Shown here: one piece after another, positions 49,729-64,000 of the stretch | Position numbering within the stretch: the first letter of the stretch is position 1 | How the letters are laid out: every line of letters begins with the position of its first letter | DNA from: the human T2T-CHM13v2.0 reference genome, Homo sapiens | Strand: one strand, 5' to 3' | DNA: 64,000 bases | Assembly (NCBI RefSeq): GCF_009914755.1 | Contig: NC_060931.1 | Translations under genes and position numbers: made by a program | The notes under the pieces: model-generated | The model's database searches: none | Seen by the model: the letters and a program-made list of their open reading frames with translations, nothing else | Told to the model about the DNA's origin: nothing

Positions 49729-51702
49729 TTATCATTAATGAAAAGATTATTTCTTAGAAACTCTCCTCGATTTGAATAACTGCACTCTTAAAATTCAAAT
49801 TGTCTTTATAGTTATGCCCTTATGAGCTAGGGGATGTGGGAAAACTTCTGTCACAACTCTCCCCACTGCCCTCTAGATCTGCAGCGTGGGGGCAGGGGAA
49901 GGACCTCATTTGGCAACTTACACATTCTTCACTCAGCGTCCACTTCGTTCAAGTGAATGGTTGCTTAGCTAAAGCCGGCAATCCTCACAAATACTGCCAA
50001 AGATAGTTTCCTAAGCAGCGTTCAGAGCCACATGGGAAAAATGCCGAACAGGAAGTGAGGGACTGGCAGCAGGGAGGGGGAGGCTCAGCCTCGGCCACCA
50101 GCTTTACCTCCCAGGGGTTTTGTGCTCCCTCTTTGCCTTCACTGGAATGCTACACTTAGTAGCTGACTTCATGAAGAGAAAAGCAATAAAAAACAGAGCA
50201 CACCCCCACTCTCCCAAATATTTTAATGGTTTGAATTTTTTAAGACTCAGGAATCTCAGAGACAAAACTGTTAAACTGTTGAAAGTTACACCGTGTCTCA
50301 GCAGAGCCTGGCTTTCTTGACCGTTCTGATGGTTACAGTACTTCTACCTGATGATGTCACTTCTACTGGACTGTCCCACTCACACAGCAGTCTCTACGTA
50401 TCTAAAGCCAAAAGCCCACTGCCTCCCCCAACTAGCAACTTATTTTCTGATTCTAAGAGAAACATGATTATTTCTCCATACAATCATTCAAAATTGTGGA
50501 ACTGCCCATGACATTTTTCTTCTGTTTAGTCCTCTGTTGATTCCTTCCTAAATGATATGGCAACTTCTTTATTCTCCTACCACTGCCAAAACCTTAGCCC
50601 AGGTTATCATCACTGTCCTCTCAATCTTTAACCATTTATCTCCTTCGTTCTCTCTCTCCTTATACAATTACTTATTCATCAGAAATTTAATGAGTGCCTA
50701 CTGTGTGTTCAGTCACTGTTCTAGAGATATTATAGCATGAACAATAATGTAGAAATTTTTTTTATATTCAGCTTACACTAAATAGACAATAAACAAGAGA
50801 ACAAATACAGTGTGAAGAAAATAGAATGAGGGATGTACAAAAGTGAGAGAAGCTGGAAAAGGAAGTATTGCCACCAGATTAAACTTGATGAATAACTGGT
50901 TTTTCCAGGTGTTAAAAGCATTAAATATAAATATCACTTAAATGTAACTTCCCAGCGTGGCCATTAAGCATTTTACAATCAGGTCCCTGGTGTATCTTTC
51001 CAATCTGTCATCCTCAACATGAATATCTAGTCTACCCAGACCTTTCTGTTTGCACCAAATACACACCTGAGTGTCTTTGTAGTATGATTTCATTTAGAAT
51101 GTGTTTTCTTCCTCCTTTCTCCAAACCTATGTTTAAGTCCAACTTCAAAGTTCTGCTTAATCTAAGTTCATACTAATGATTTTTTATCTGTTTTACCAAA
51201 GAAATTTTTATTCAAAACATCCATGTGGTCCTTACTGTAGGTAGGCCTGATTACTAAAATATTGCTTTGGCATAAGTAACAGGTAGGTAGATCAGTAAAT
51301 TGTGGAATAAAATAAAAAAGCAAATTTATTTTTATTTCTCACTGCCCCTTTAAAAGGTATTCAGTAAAATATATTACATTTGTGTAATAAAACAACAAAC
51401 CCTAACTTGCAAACAGTCTCAATTCAAAAATTAGTATGCCTAGACCAATACAATAATTGAAACTTTGAGCGCTAAAGTTGAATCTTTTCTCTATCCCCAG
51501 CAGGAGCCTCTTTCAAGTAAGAAGCTGAAAAAGTAAGCTTAAAAGTCTTATGGGTTTCATCCACCCTTCTTTGTCACTCTTACTAACTCAAGTTCTGAAT
51601 CCTCCAAAGTTAGGGGTGGAAGGTAGGCGAAAACAAGATGGTTATAGGAAAAAAGTTCCTACCTGACAAACTTCACACTAGACCCCAAGATTTTTAAGGC
51701 TA

Positions 51703-51706
<4 letters not shown>

Positions 51707-51757
<51 letters not shown>

Positions 51758-51770
51758 GTGTGTATGTGTG
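51707..51770. repeat. (TG)n microsatellite
   Basis: About 21 perfect units followed by an imperfect extension. Confidence 0.97.
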
Positions 51771-52152
51771 TTTACTTCTCTCACTATTGCTGAGGGTCTC
51801 TCACCTCAGTTTCCTCGACACAAATTTTCTTTCATCTGACCACACCTCCTCCGTTCCTGCTCTTTCAGCAGCTCACTGCAACAGACTCTTACTTTGAGAT
51901 TCCCATTTCCCTTCCAGGCCTTTCAATTGGTTTGATTCCTTTCAGTAGTGACTGACCTTCAGTCCACAGGAAACAGTGACATAATATTACAGGAAAAAAT
52001 TCTTAGCATGTGGGCCAGTCCAATGCAGCAATCTCTCTTCTTCACTTCTCCACTGCCAAAGCATCAAAGATTTAGCTGGTCCTTCTCTCATCCTTCATTA
52101 TTTCCTAGCCTGGAGTAAGACCCAACCCATTTTGTGACACTATACTATGTTC

Positions 52153-52455
52153 TTTTTTTTTTTTTTTTTTTTTTTTTGAGACAGAGTCTTGCTGTGTTGC
52201 CCAGGCTGGAGTGCAGTGGCACGATCTCACCTCAGTGCTGCAACCTCTGCCTCCCGGGTTCAAGCAATTCTCATGGCTCAGCCTCCTGAGTAATTCAAAT
52301 TACAGGCATGCACCGCCACGGCTGGCTAGTTTTTGTATTTTTAGTAGAGATGGAGTTTCACCATGTTGGCCAGGCTGGTCTCAAATTCCTGGTTTCAGGT
52401 GATCCACCTGCCTTGGCCTCCCAAAGTGCTGGGATAACAGCTACCTTGACTGGGC
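52153..52455 (-). mobile_element. AluSx-like with disturbed 5' end
   Basis: Long T tail and Alu body to AAAGTGCTGGGATAACAG. Confidence 0.93.
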
Positions 52456-53069
52456 TTTGTGATGCTATATTCTTTGGTATACATAATTATTTCCAATTTT
52501 TGTGAACATATTTGGACTACAGGACATATGAAATGTAATACGCTCACTTGCTTAGATACCTGTTGTTTTCTACTTGACTAACACCCAGATTTAGCAAAGT
52601 ACCTAGTTTCTAATATATTTACTCATTGAATGTATGAGTGTAATAATACAGCTTAAGTTTAAAAAATTACTTTTTATAACCAAGAAAAATGTTTCTATAG
52701 GGGGCTACCTGTATAAAGACTTATAGGAATCAATGTCTACAAAATAATGTAAGATGTGGCTAAAACATTTGCTGGTTTCTCTGACTAGAATTAGCTCCCA
52801 ACGAATAAAGATCTTGCCTGTCGTTTTTAGCAGAGTCTATAATAATGCATATAATAATGCATATTTAACACATATTTAATGAGAAAACATAAATTATCAT
52901 GTTAATATCTTCCATTAATATGTTGTACTTTAGGAATTGTGATAATCTTAATTTTAATCCATAAATGGTGCTATTCTTCTGAAGGCATTTTCGATCTCAA
53001 ATAGAATAACTTTATATAAAAGTTTAAAAATTTAGCTTTAAAAAGTGACATCAACCTAATGACATAAAT

Positions 53070-53710
53070 CTTTAATGAGCATCTGCTACTTTCAAGGCAC
53101 TGGGCAAGGTACTGAGGAGGACAAAGAAAAGAATAAAACACTTTGCCTGCCCTTAGAATGTAAAATCTTATAGGAGAGATGAGATACGTGCATGTGTACC
53201 TACAGTAACAAGAAAATTCAGGAGCTTGGCTGTGAGACCCCTAAGTGGATAATAATATTTCTGTTTGACATAACTGTAGAAGGTATAATGAAAAATTTAC
53301 TTCTGTCCTGGGCTCTAAAAAATTAGGATTTCAGGAAGTGGAGGATTTCATTCTAGACCTATGCAAAAGCAGAGAGCTAGAATGTGGGATTGAATTGTGG
53401 AGCATCATGTAATCTAGCTTAGTTTAAGGTTAGAGTGTATGGGGGTCAGGGCAGAAGATAAAGCTCTCAGAGCAGATAAAATGATGGCTAACATTTCTCC
53501 TGTAGGCAGAGGAAAATCTCTGAAGACACTTGAGCAGGGGAATCTGAAAGCACAATGTGAAGATAAATAGGAGGAAATAAAGGTTTGGGAGGCAGAGAGA
53601 TGAGTTGGCAGGTTATGGCAACAGTCCAGGTGAGAGGTAATGATGGCCTAAACTAGGGCAGTGGCAATGGGAATAAGACACATGGAATGAATCTAAAAGA
53701 CATAAAGATG
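53070..53710 (-). mobile_element. L2 fragment
   Basis: CAGTCCAGGTGAGAGGTAATGATGGCCTAAACTAGGGCAGTGGCAATGGG. Confidence 0.75.
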
Positions 53711-53999
53711 AATAGTGCCTGGTAGGTAGGAATTAGCTTCTGGGCAAAAAAATACCAGCCAAAACAATTAAGCTAATCACTTTCCTTCTTCTACAATAGA
53801 AAAGAGCATGCTGCATAAAATCCTTAGTTTAATAATGGAAAATGTGGGAGTTGTCTTTCTTTTAAGCTATTTTTCATGAATTTGGGTTACAGGAAAATGT
53901 AACAATCAAAATTCTAACTCTCTGAAAATAAGACTTACAAATCAAATCAATATTTTCTATGTGGCTATGATTTGATTGCATTTATCTGTAGATGGGAGG

Positions 54000-54585
54000 T
54001 TAAGCCAACATAGTCTCTCTCCAGGGCTCTGCAAGAGCCACCTACTGGCTTCCTTGACCTTCGTCTTATACCCACCTCTAAGTTCATCCACATGGCTACA
54101 GCCAAAATTATCTTTAAGAAATACAAATCTAAGCATGTCATCCTTGCTTAAAACTCTCCAAAGATTTTTTCTTTGCTCTTGCTATAATTGAGACATGGTT
54201 TACCTGGCCCACAGTGATCTGCATGTGTGTCGAGATTCATGTCTCATCCCTTTGCCCTTACACTTGTTGTTCCATCCTTCCCTCTCACTCCCCAGGCCTT
54301 CCCACAGGCTGTGAAACTTCCTAGTGCACTGGTCCACTCCAACCCCTTCAGGGCTCAGTTTAAATTCTATACTACTTCTGACCTTCTATAGTAGGTTGGT
54401 TCTTCTTGCTATGTACTCCCCAAACTCTCTGTATTTTCCTTCATCACACTTTATTATAATTGTCTCTCTCCCCACTGTAGTCTATAAGGGGGCTAAAAAG
54501 ACAGAAGTCATGCCTGCTCACTTACAGGTGTATATTACCCAGCAAAGTAAGTACTGCATACAGAAAATCAATAGCTTTTTATGGG
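54000..54585 (+). mobile_element. L2 fragment
   Basis: CATGTCATCCTTGCTTAAAACTCTCCAA; TTGTCTCTCTCCCCACTGTAG. Confidence 0.65.
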
Positions 54586-55194
54586 GTAAATTGAACAGGG
54601 GTTAATTAACTCACTCTGGAGCAAATTTTCCTCATCTTTAAAACTGGGGTATTGTGTTTTATATTCCTTTTAGCCATATATTTTTATAAGTAAACTTAAA
54701 GATAAAATTCAGCATCCCAAGTCAGAGTCAGTACCCTGTTATACTAAAAAAAAAAAAAAGTAATTAGGTCTTATTTATACATTTAAATTGCTGTTTAATA
54801 GCAAGGTTATTAACAATAATGTTAGAAATGTGTTTTGTTATTCCTCAACCTGTCCGCATTTTGAAAACATTTTATCTGTTCATCTTAAGCCATGTGGTAT
54901 GAGTAACAGGAAATAAACATAACCATAAAAACGGAGTTGAGTAAATGCCCCAAGAAAGTCAACATTGAGGCAGATTTTGTCCTTTCTGAATTCTGATAAA
55001 AGCACATTTCAGACATTTTCATAGAAGACGATTCTTGAATCCCATTTGTTAATACTAATTCCTACTAGTGCCAATAAATAACACCCCAAGGTATTCCATT
55101 AAATGCAGTTTGTGGCAATATTTCTCAAAATGAATGCGGTTAACACACATCCTCTACACCATTTTTAGAAGAATGAGAAGATATTGTGAATAAC

Positions 55195-55430
55195 AATAAT
55201 TTTTATTGAATGTTTACATATGCCAGGCACCGTTCCTTTTGCTTTATCTATGTTAACTCATTTAATCTTCATGGTAGCCCTATGAGGATTATGCTATTAT
55301 GATCCCTATTTTATGGAAGAGGAAAGTGAAGTACTAACACAAGGTAACATAGTAAGAGGATAGCTAGGATTTAGATCTGGCATTTGGCTCCAGAGCTTAC
55401 GAATTTGACCAGTTGAATATATTGCTTCTC
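55195..55430 (-). mobile_element. MIR
   Basis: TGCCAGGCAC..AACTCATTTAATCTTCA..CCCTATGAGG..CTATTTTATGGAAGAGGAAAGTGA. Confidence 0.8.
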
Positions 55431-58400
55431 TCATGAAAGCATCCCAAAACTGAAATGTAAACTATGCAAAAAACAGTTGGAATAACTGTCTCATATTCCT
55501 TGATTTGAAAATGAGAAACATGTTAATAAAGTGACATTGAGCTCTTTTTTAGAAATGGAAGTTAGTAGTATAGTCAAATATTGTATAGGTTTTTGAGCAG
55601 AGTGTATCTAATTACTTATGCTTCTTACTTTAACATAAAATCCTCTCATTTCAATAGCTGGAAAGTCAGCTGTCATGATAATAATTACATTTTAAAGCTT
55701 TATTTCTTTACAAACTATTTGTTCTTTTGATCTCCAGAATTTGTCCAGTGCTTGAAGATATTTTAATCTTCACATTAAAAGAGAAGAGGGTGAATTTGAA
55801 GCAAAAAAACAACAAAAAATCACTTTTCCCAGAAACAAAAAGTCTCAGATTCCTTTGTGTAAAACAAAAATGATTGACACGTTGGTGAAAATCATTGGTC
55901 AGGAAAGAAAACTGTCCTACATTATTCTTTTACCTGTCCATCTAGCTATCAGAATAGTATATTTGCGTGTAGCTAATCCTTGAATTGATTTATTAAGCTA
56001 TGTTTACAAGTTAGAAAGAAAGAGGTCCTGAGGAGATAATTACAGGAATACAAATCAGAAGAGACAACTTTGAAAGAATAGTAATTTTGCTTCTTGAAAC
56101 TGACCTTAAATCCCTAGGAGGAGAACAGAACAGCTTAAAGCAACCTTTTCTCTCTATTCAGAAATGATTGCGAATTAATTGTGCAGTTTAGCTGAACTTT
56201 GCCTTTCCTTGTATCCTAGGAGAAGAGCTCTAATAGACTGGGAATTTTTGCTTGTTTGTAATGTAAACTCAATATCTAGAGATAGTTCTTAACACCACAT
56301 GGGCTCATTGGAAAACTCTAATTCCCAAAACAAACAAAGAGGAAAAGGTTAGCAAAATAATCCACCAGCAAAAGGAAAACAAAAAACAGAATGCTTGATA
56401 ATCTTTATTTTGATAATTTGGTTTTAAATAATCCTAAAGAAAGATCCCTGGTGACATCAGAATTCTGACTGCAATATCCAAACTTGCTCATCCATGAAGA
56501 TGTATAAGGCTTGTGGGTTACATGGATTCATTAGTTGCTTTGATGATAAAAAGCGCTTAGTAAAAATTATATCTATTTTGAATATCAACTAGGCTATGCA
56601 GTTCTAGCAAAGAGGAGGTTTAAGCATTTGAAGATTAATCATGATGCTAAGTATTAATTTTGATAGTAAAAATTAAAGCATACTCAAATTGGATATCCCC
56701 ATACACATATATACTATTTCAGTTAGCTAGTTAATGTTGACTTCTTGATCTTAATTCCAATAGCTTCCTTTATTTAGCCATGCCATTTTTGATTCATTCA
56801 TCCAACAGGTGTTAATTGAGCACACATATTAAATTTGGTATTAGCTAGACACTGAGTATAGAATGGCAAGCAGAAAGCCAACAACAAATGAAAAATAATT
56901 CCTGTCCTCAAAGATCTTTCTTTACAATTTTAAAACTACATTTGAAGATTAGAAAATGGAGTATAAACAGCATCATGGTCTCTTATCTAATGTTTCAGGC
57001 AAAAATCAGTCAATAAAGTCTATAGGAGAATGGGCTTCCTTGGCTTCCCTGAGACCATGGACAGAGGCCTAAGAATCACCCCGAACAAAGTACTCTTTCT
57101 ATTCTCTTAGTAACTAGATTTGCTTAATGCTTTTTGAAAGAAAAATATGATGCAATGTATGACACAATCATGATTATTTAGGGAATGCACTGGGAGTAGG
57201 CTACTTAATATCTTCACACATGTAAAAATGTCTTCATTTACTTTAACTTAGTGTACTTTGGTACATCCATCGATCCTTCCCAGAAACTTTTACTAAGCAC
57301 TTTTTGTTATGTTGGGCCCTGCGGTAGGTGCTGGGGATCTGTCAATCTGTAGCTAATAGTTCTGTTGTACAGAAGTCACAGAAAATAAGCGAGGTATAGT
57401 GTTTAACTTATTAATGATCCTGTGCTTGGGATTTTTAAAAATTTACAAAGTACTCAATGGAATGTAGACTTCAAGAATCACAACTTCAGTGTTCTTTTCC
57501 TAAGGTTAGAAAAATATATAATTAAAGAAGCAAAGCATTCTTGGATAATTTTTAGAAGAAAAAATTACTCTGAATCAAATGACACTGGAAAATGTAGATG
57601 GGACCAATTCAATTTTTACAGAATAAAAAACATTTTTTCCTGCCAATGTTGTTCTGAAGTTAATTGCAAGATGTGTTTTTTAAATGACTTATCAAAAAAC
57701 ATGAAACCAATCAATAAGTCAAACAAGGCTAGAAACCAACATTAGCTAGTAAATTGATTTACTATCTATTATAATTCCTCCATAAAGCATAATAGGCACT
57801 TTACTTTCACAGTTTAATGCTTCTGTAATTGAGATATAATTCAATTTATTTGCACATCTTATATAATACTATTTTTTCCCAAAAACCTACTCATATTTAT
57901 GGTGAATCTTAAAATGAATGGTATCAGGGTTAAAAAAATATTAGTTGCAAGCACACAAACTGCCTATCTTATTAACTATGTATTCCAAAAATAATTGCAA
58001 ATGTCTTAACCAAATTTACTATTAAATGCTTCTTATTTTGCTACAAATGGAAAGAAAAACTCTATTTCATGTATTTTTTTAAGTTCAAAATCACATGCTT
58101 TGAAAACACCTCATTAACAGAACCACAAATTATCTTTCAGTATTTTCATTATCCCTGCTTGAAAATAAGAATGGTATCTTATTAACCTCTGTACATTTAC
58201 TGCAAGAAAAGCCATGTCCTGGTCATTTCTTTATCACTGAAATCTATAACAGTGCCTTAAAAATAATGACTGTTGAATAAGTAAGTAAAATAATGGAAGA
58301 AGGAATGAAGGAATAAAGACCTTGGACACAATGAACCCTCAATAAATATTTATTAGATTATAATGAGCAGGGCATATTACCATATTTCAGTGATAAAATT

Positions 58401-59059
58401 TTAATATACTTCTATAGTGTTTGCCTTTGTATCACCAAGAGGAAATTAATAGATTTTACTGATAATAAATTATTTTAATATTTGGTTTTATGTATATCTA
58501 AGGTCTGTATATTTATAAGAGTCTTATAATGTCAGTCATCGGCTCAAACATTTTTCTCATGTAACCAAATATTTTCATGATATTGCCTGTAATATATCTC
58601 CTTAATACTTAACTTTTAGAAATCAATTTCTGAAGCTATGAATTTCATATGAAACACAACCTTCTTTAGTAATTTGTCCAAACATGTTTGAACTTTTGTG
58701 TATCCATGTCTTTATTCTTTAGCATCAGCATACCTAACCCCAAATACTGATGAGAGCCACCAAATGTAGTATGAATTTTTAAAATGAACTTCTCCATTTA
58801 GATTTTTTTTTGCTATAGCTTCTTATTTCTCTTGTAGTCTTTTCTCTAATGAGTTAAAGCAGCACATTAAATTTAAAAAAACTGCCCCAAATTTGAGGCC
58901 AGTATAAAGAAATATATCTTAATACAATTGATGAATATGAAACTTTTTTTGCAAATCCTTAATGACCTTTTACTAGAAATTCAAAATTATTTATAAACTA
59001 TTATCTAGTAACAGAGACCATTTTACTAGATCTCTCAGGGTATACATGAGAATAGAGAA

Positions 59060-60260
59060 TCTCAAGCTGAGCCCTAGGGTACTTCTACTTATAGTTACAC
59101 CTAGAAGTTACAGTCCAAAGAAACAGCAGTGGCCAATGAGGTAAGGGGTAGGCCAAGAGAAAGTGGTATCATGCAAATAAAGGGAAGAAGGTTTTCCCAG
59201 AACAAGGCAGTGGTGAACTCTACTGATGCTGCTGGAGGGCAAGTTAGATAAGAAAATTGATGATATCAGGCATTTAGAATCTTGATTCCAAAATCTGAGG
59301 TGATCAATGTGTTTAGCATCTTGTAAGCCATTGGAAGTTGCTATGGAGTAAGGAGACAAGCTGTTTGGAGGTAACTGAGAAAACGGGATTCTAAGTAGAA
59401 ATAGTGAGTACTAATTTGTGTAGTTTTGCACTAATTGTGGCAAGCCAATGGATTCTGCAGGAAAACTTGGGTCAAAAGAGAATTTATAAATATTTATTAA
59501 ATTCAACTGAATTATGTCTTTTTTTTGTTGTTGTTGGAGATGAGATTGAAGAAGTAGTCTTGGGGGCAGATCAGAAGGCTTTAGATACATCGTTAAGAAG
59601 TTTGTAAGATTTTAGGCTCAGAGCAATGGTAAGCCATTTAAGCCCCTGCCCATGTGGAGCTCATCATCTTGTGAGGGAGACAGAATAATCATATGTCTCA
59701 AAGAAATATTAAATTGAACTTATACATACTAAAATTAAGAGATAATGTTGTGAGAACATAAGGAGTTTGATATCAGTGACATCAGGTTTTCATGGGAAAA
59801 ATGACAACTAAAGGATGAGTAGAGTTAACTAAGTGAAGAGAAAGAAATCAAGCTGTATTCAGTGACATGAGCACAGATACTGTGAAAGGAGAGATAATGG
59901 CACCTATGAGCAACTGAAAGGTCAATGTGGCTTGGAACCTTGAGAACAGAGAGCAGCACTATATTATGTTGAGGGTTGTTCTTATCCAAGAACAACAGAA
60001 AATCATTTTAGTACTTAAAGTAGAAATAAGAGCATCCATAATTTTTCTTTTTTTTAAAAAAGACCCTCACTGGAATGTGGAGAATGATGGGGGTTGAGGG
60101 GTCAGAATGGAACAGGTAGACCAGTTATGGGATTTTTTTTATTGTCTACAGAAGATGGTAGCTTAGACAAAGATGGTAGACATTGAAATAACAGGTGAAT
60201 AAAGAAAAATTTTAGTAGTTAAAAATTGCAATGACTTGGTGGTATATCGGTTAGGAATAT
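59060..60260 (-). mobile_element. Degenerate L2 fragments
   Basis: CAAGCTGAGCCCTAGGGTACTTC.., AGAGCAATGGTAAGCCATT.., GATGGTAGCTTAGAC.. Confidence 0.55.
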
Positions 60261-63200
60261 TAGATACCATCTTGATGTGTTTACAGTTGTTCAGGACATA
60301 TATAATGAATCAGTTGAGCACTCAATAATAAGCATTTATTTTGAGTGCCTACTATTATGTCAATATATCCTTCCTTTTAGGGAAAGCTCAAAATTATTTA
60401 TGTGTTAGAAGTAAAGATCAGATTCTAGACATTGTTTATCTCAATTGTTTTTGACACACTAAGAAAAACAAGCCAGTGTTGATGAATTTCTATTGTATCC
60501 TAGGGATTTTGTAACAAAGAATCCATTCAGAAGCTACACTAGGCTCATCCAAAAGAGATGACAGAATTTTCTCTACCCAGTACAGCTTGCACAAGGCTGG
60601 TGCAAGCAGATGATGGTTACGTTTGGCTGAGAAGCTCATAGAGGGTGATTCACCAACACAACTGCAAGATTCAACTGCATACCCACCTCCTCTTGACACA
60701 TGTGTGCTAGTAAACCCAAAGTCACACATACCATTAATTTCACTCTTAATTAAACCTCCCAGGCCTAAGGGGTAGTGACAGCCTTAAACTTGGGAAGTTC
60801 TGGCCAGCATTATTCAAATACCAGAGAGGAGATTGCTTTTAAGATATTATAAACATGAGCTTTCTTATTTCTTTTTCTCAATTCTGAGAAGGATAGCTAA
60901 GATAAATTTTAGTCTTGCAATACAATAATTTTATTCTAGCTATCATTATTGATTGTAGTAGCTGTGAAAGTCTGCTTAGAGAGATACAGTTTCTATTAGT
61001 CAAACTATTACCTGCTACATGAAGAAATCTATTCTTTTCGTTCCGTTTTATTCCACTGTTACCAAATTGAATATATCTGAGAAAGAAAATGAGGTAAAGT
61101 AAATGAACATCGCATGTGCTCTGGGAGAACGTGTTATGAATCTCAATTCTATCACTTATAAGCTATCCTATCCTGAAAGTCATATTAAATTTCTCCAGAC
61201 TTCAATATACTATCTACCTCACAATGTTGCTCACATGAAAATATAAGTATAAAAATATATTTGTAATATGAACTATAGAAGTACCGACTAGGCTCTGGCA
61301 CTTGATAGGTGCTTATTAAATATAAACTGATTTCTACCAATGCTAAACCAAATGTGCACCTAGAGTAACATCCACTGGCATAAATTTCTTTTTCTTTGCC
61401 CTAGTAGTAACAATATCTTACTATCAATCACACTAATTCAACTCTTTCATAATCCCGTCTGCATGTTAATTAAAATACATCCATTAATCAAATGCTTTCT
61501 ACTTATTTTTATGGAATTTTCCTTCTAGATCCTGCTATGCATATTATAGTCTTCTCTATAAACCATATGTTATACTTCTTCTGTTTATGAAGATTCTATG
61601 TGTGATCTAAAAGTAAGAAAATGAGAATTTTATATAAATTATCATGTGTTATAAGGAAGCCAAATAATGCAGAAAATTTCCTGGCTTCTTTTATGCTGAA
61701 CTGTTGTAGCTTTAATAACTTCTGCACTGCAGTGATTATGAAACTAAAGCATATTTTTAAATGTTAACTCAGAGTGTCAGACGTTTACTTACATTAGGCA
61801 AAATCTTAGGAAGAACAAGTTTTAGGACTACACAATAATGTGGGCTGTTAGACACATTTTCTGTCATTCACATTTTGTGAATATTCTTACCCTCTAATCA
61901 TTTTTATCTAAATTATATTGTAATCATAACTTTCTGAGAGTCATGAAGTTAGAAATAAGATGTTAATCTTAATTACAGGAGCAAGTTGAAATGTATTTTA
62001 ACAAAAGCATGAGTTATTGAAAGTCAAATAATCCTTTAGAGGTTTTAAGCTTCACTTAATAAGCAGAAGAACCTAGGATAAAATTTTTGGAATAACCCAT
62101 TTTATAGAGGGAAACAATGTTGTATCTCACTACAGAAAATGACCTGATTAGCTTCCCTTTTCTCAATATTAACTTCGGAAAATAGCTTACTTACAGAAGC
62201 AAATGGAATGATACTTCAAGAAGCCATGTTGCCTTTTCAACAGCCAAAAACTTGACTTCATCTACAAACCATCACCTTTTTCAGGATTAACATACTTAAC
62301 CTTAAAGGTAACATAGTCTTTTAGAACTAATATGTGGAATCATGAATATGTTTATGGTATTTTATCAACTAAAAGCTAAGTGATGTTATGTAAGGGATTT
62401 TTATATTTAAAAGTAGCTATCCCTCTCTGGAAGTTACATGAAACAGAACTTGATCTTTTAAAGCCAGATGTTTTTTGTTATTGTTTATTTGTTTTCATTA
62501 TTCAGATTCTCCAAATAGCTCTTCAAGTTTCAGAACGCTTTTTTTTCTAATGAATTCTAGGATCCAAACTAGCTATTTTTTTAATGAGAAAATTGACTTG
62601 TTTATGAAGCACATCTTACTAAAAAGATAGATTGAGGCACTGATGAGCTTAATGATATTTTGTTTGGACAAATTAGGAAACTAATTCGAGATGCAACCCC
62701 TGGTGAGCAGGTTCTTACCTGTTCTCATGACTTCTGTTTATCCCATATGGATACCTGTTCCTGGCAAGTTATCCAGTTAGTGAATTTCTTGCCAAAATTT
62801 ACATCAGATATTTTGTTGTATAACTTAACTACCCAGAATAAATCTTTGACGCTAAGGTTGTCATAGGCGACTATGAAATAATATGAGTGGGAACATTTAT
62901 ATAAAGCATATTTCTTTCCGGAAGTTTGATCTCATTTTCAAGCTCAGTACCTCTGACAGGAAGGAGGCAGCAGGAAGCAACTTATCAAATCAAAGACTTG
63001 TGGATCTTCTCTATTGCAAATATCAAAATCCCTGAAAATTATTTTGTAAAATGACTGATGTTCTACATATACCAGGTAACTAACAATGCAGTACTTGCAC
63101 ATCTGACCTAAATAGTAGAGTTGCCTGACTGGCCCAGATTGTTGCAGAATTAAGGGCATAGAATAGTGGATGATTCAACCAGGTCCCTAAAGCAGAGAGA

Positions 63201-64000
63201 AGGGAAATACCTGTGGCTTAAGATATATAATATTATGTATTGATTGCTTTGCTTTTAGTTAAGAAATACCAGTGTATATCACAGTAAGAATCTCAATTTA
63301 TCCTTTAGGATTGTTTTTTAGTTCTGCATTTTTCTGATTTTATCAAGTAGAGGTAGGCTATTACAATAAACACTAAGCAAAGCTTTTACTCATATTATCT
63401 CTCTATGTGACTAAGTTTTCAACATAGTCACAGCATCATATTCCAGCTACTCTTGGGAAGAATGGGGGTTCACACTGCATTATTTTGCTCTCAAGATATT
63501 CCCTGGAGTGGGGATGGACAGCAAAGGTAAAACTGAGTATGCTCTAGCAATAGAGCATAATAGGGCTAACAATCATTCTTGTGCATTGGCCCCAATCTTT
63601 TATATTAGTCACCTCTGCCCAGGCCCACCCTCCAGGAAATTTTGAAGAAACATTTCGGCCCTTCTAACGGTGTACTCTTGAGAAATGCTGGCTGGTGCAC
63701 AAAGGCACAAAATCCTGTAATACCAACTAGCATTTCTTTTGGGTTGCAAGCCAATACAATTACCTACCAAACCTTCTAGTCACTTTCACCCACTCAATGA
63801 ACAGAAGGCTCTTTAAGCAGACACCGGAGGGAGCCAAACTGTTGACTTAAAGGGAGATTTTGGGTAGCTAATCAAAGCTCTCTCCTGCTCTCCTTCCTAC
63901 CCACTTCCACCCCAGTCTCCTGCAAGTCTGACCCCGTTTGGTGGGAAACTTTTGTCCAGTTTATGGATATGAATTAAAAGTGATTTCATTAGATTCTTAA

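Overview
AT-rich, repeat-dense primate genomic DNA (human or a close great ape; Alu, L1PA and THE1 are present). I recognise the GC-rich island at about 39.7-41.3 kb, from memory, as the promoter and long non-coding first exon of GRM3 (metabotropic glutamate receptor 3) on the + strand. The exon runs from about 39808 to 40771 and ends at the donor GAG|GTAAGG. Everything downstream is the start of intron 1, and the canonical GRM3 CDS is not in the window. Bases 1-39.7 kb are upstream intergenic DNA, with a deeply nested L1/MaLR/Alu cluster at 1-18 kb. The supplied ORFs are almost all repeat-derived or chance. I found no novel multi-gene system. Four observations stand out. (i) An A at 40670, two bases before an exon-1 ATG, creates a CAGATG E-box where I remember G in GRM3 cDNA; this may be the reported Kozak variant allele. 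(ii) Two ATGs in different frames stay open to the exon-1 donor, in a leader with 10 ATGs and 2 G-quadruplex motifs. (iii) A ~270-bp inverted duplication appears to mark an ancient ~2-kb staggered-break inversion. (iv) Several templated-insertion or fold-back scars lie in the repeats. Repeat subfamily names are by eye and need RepeatMasker confirmation.
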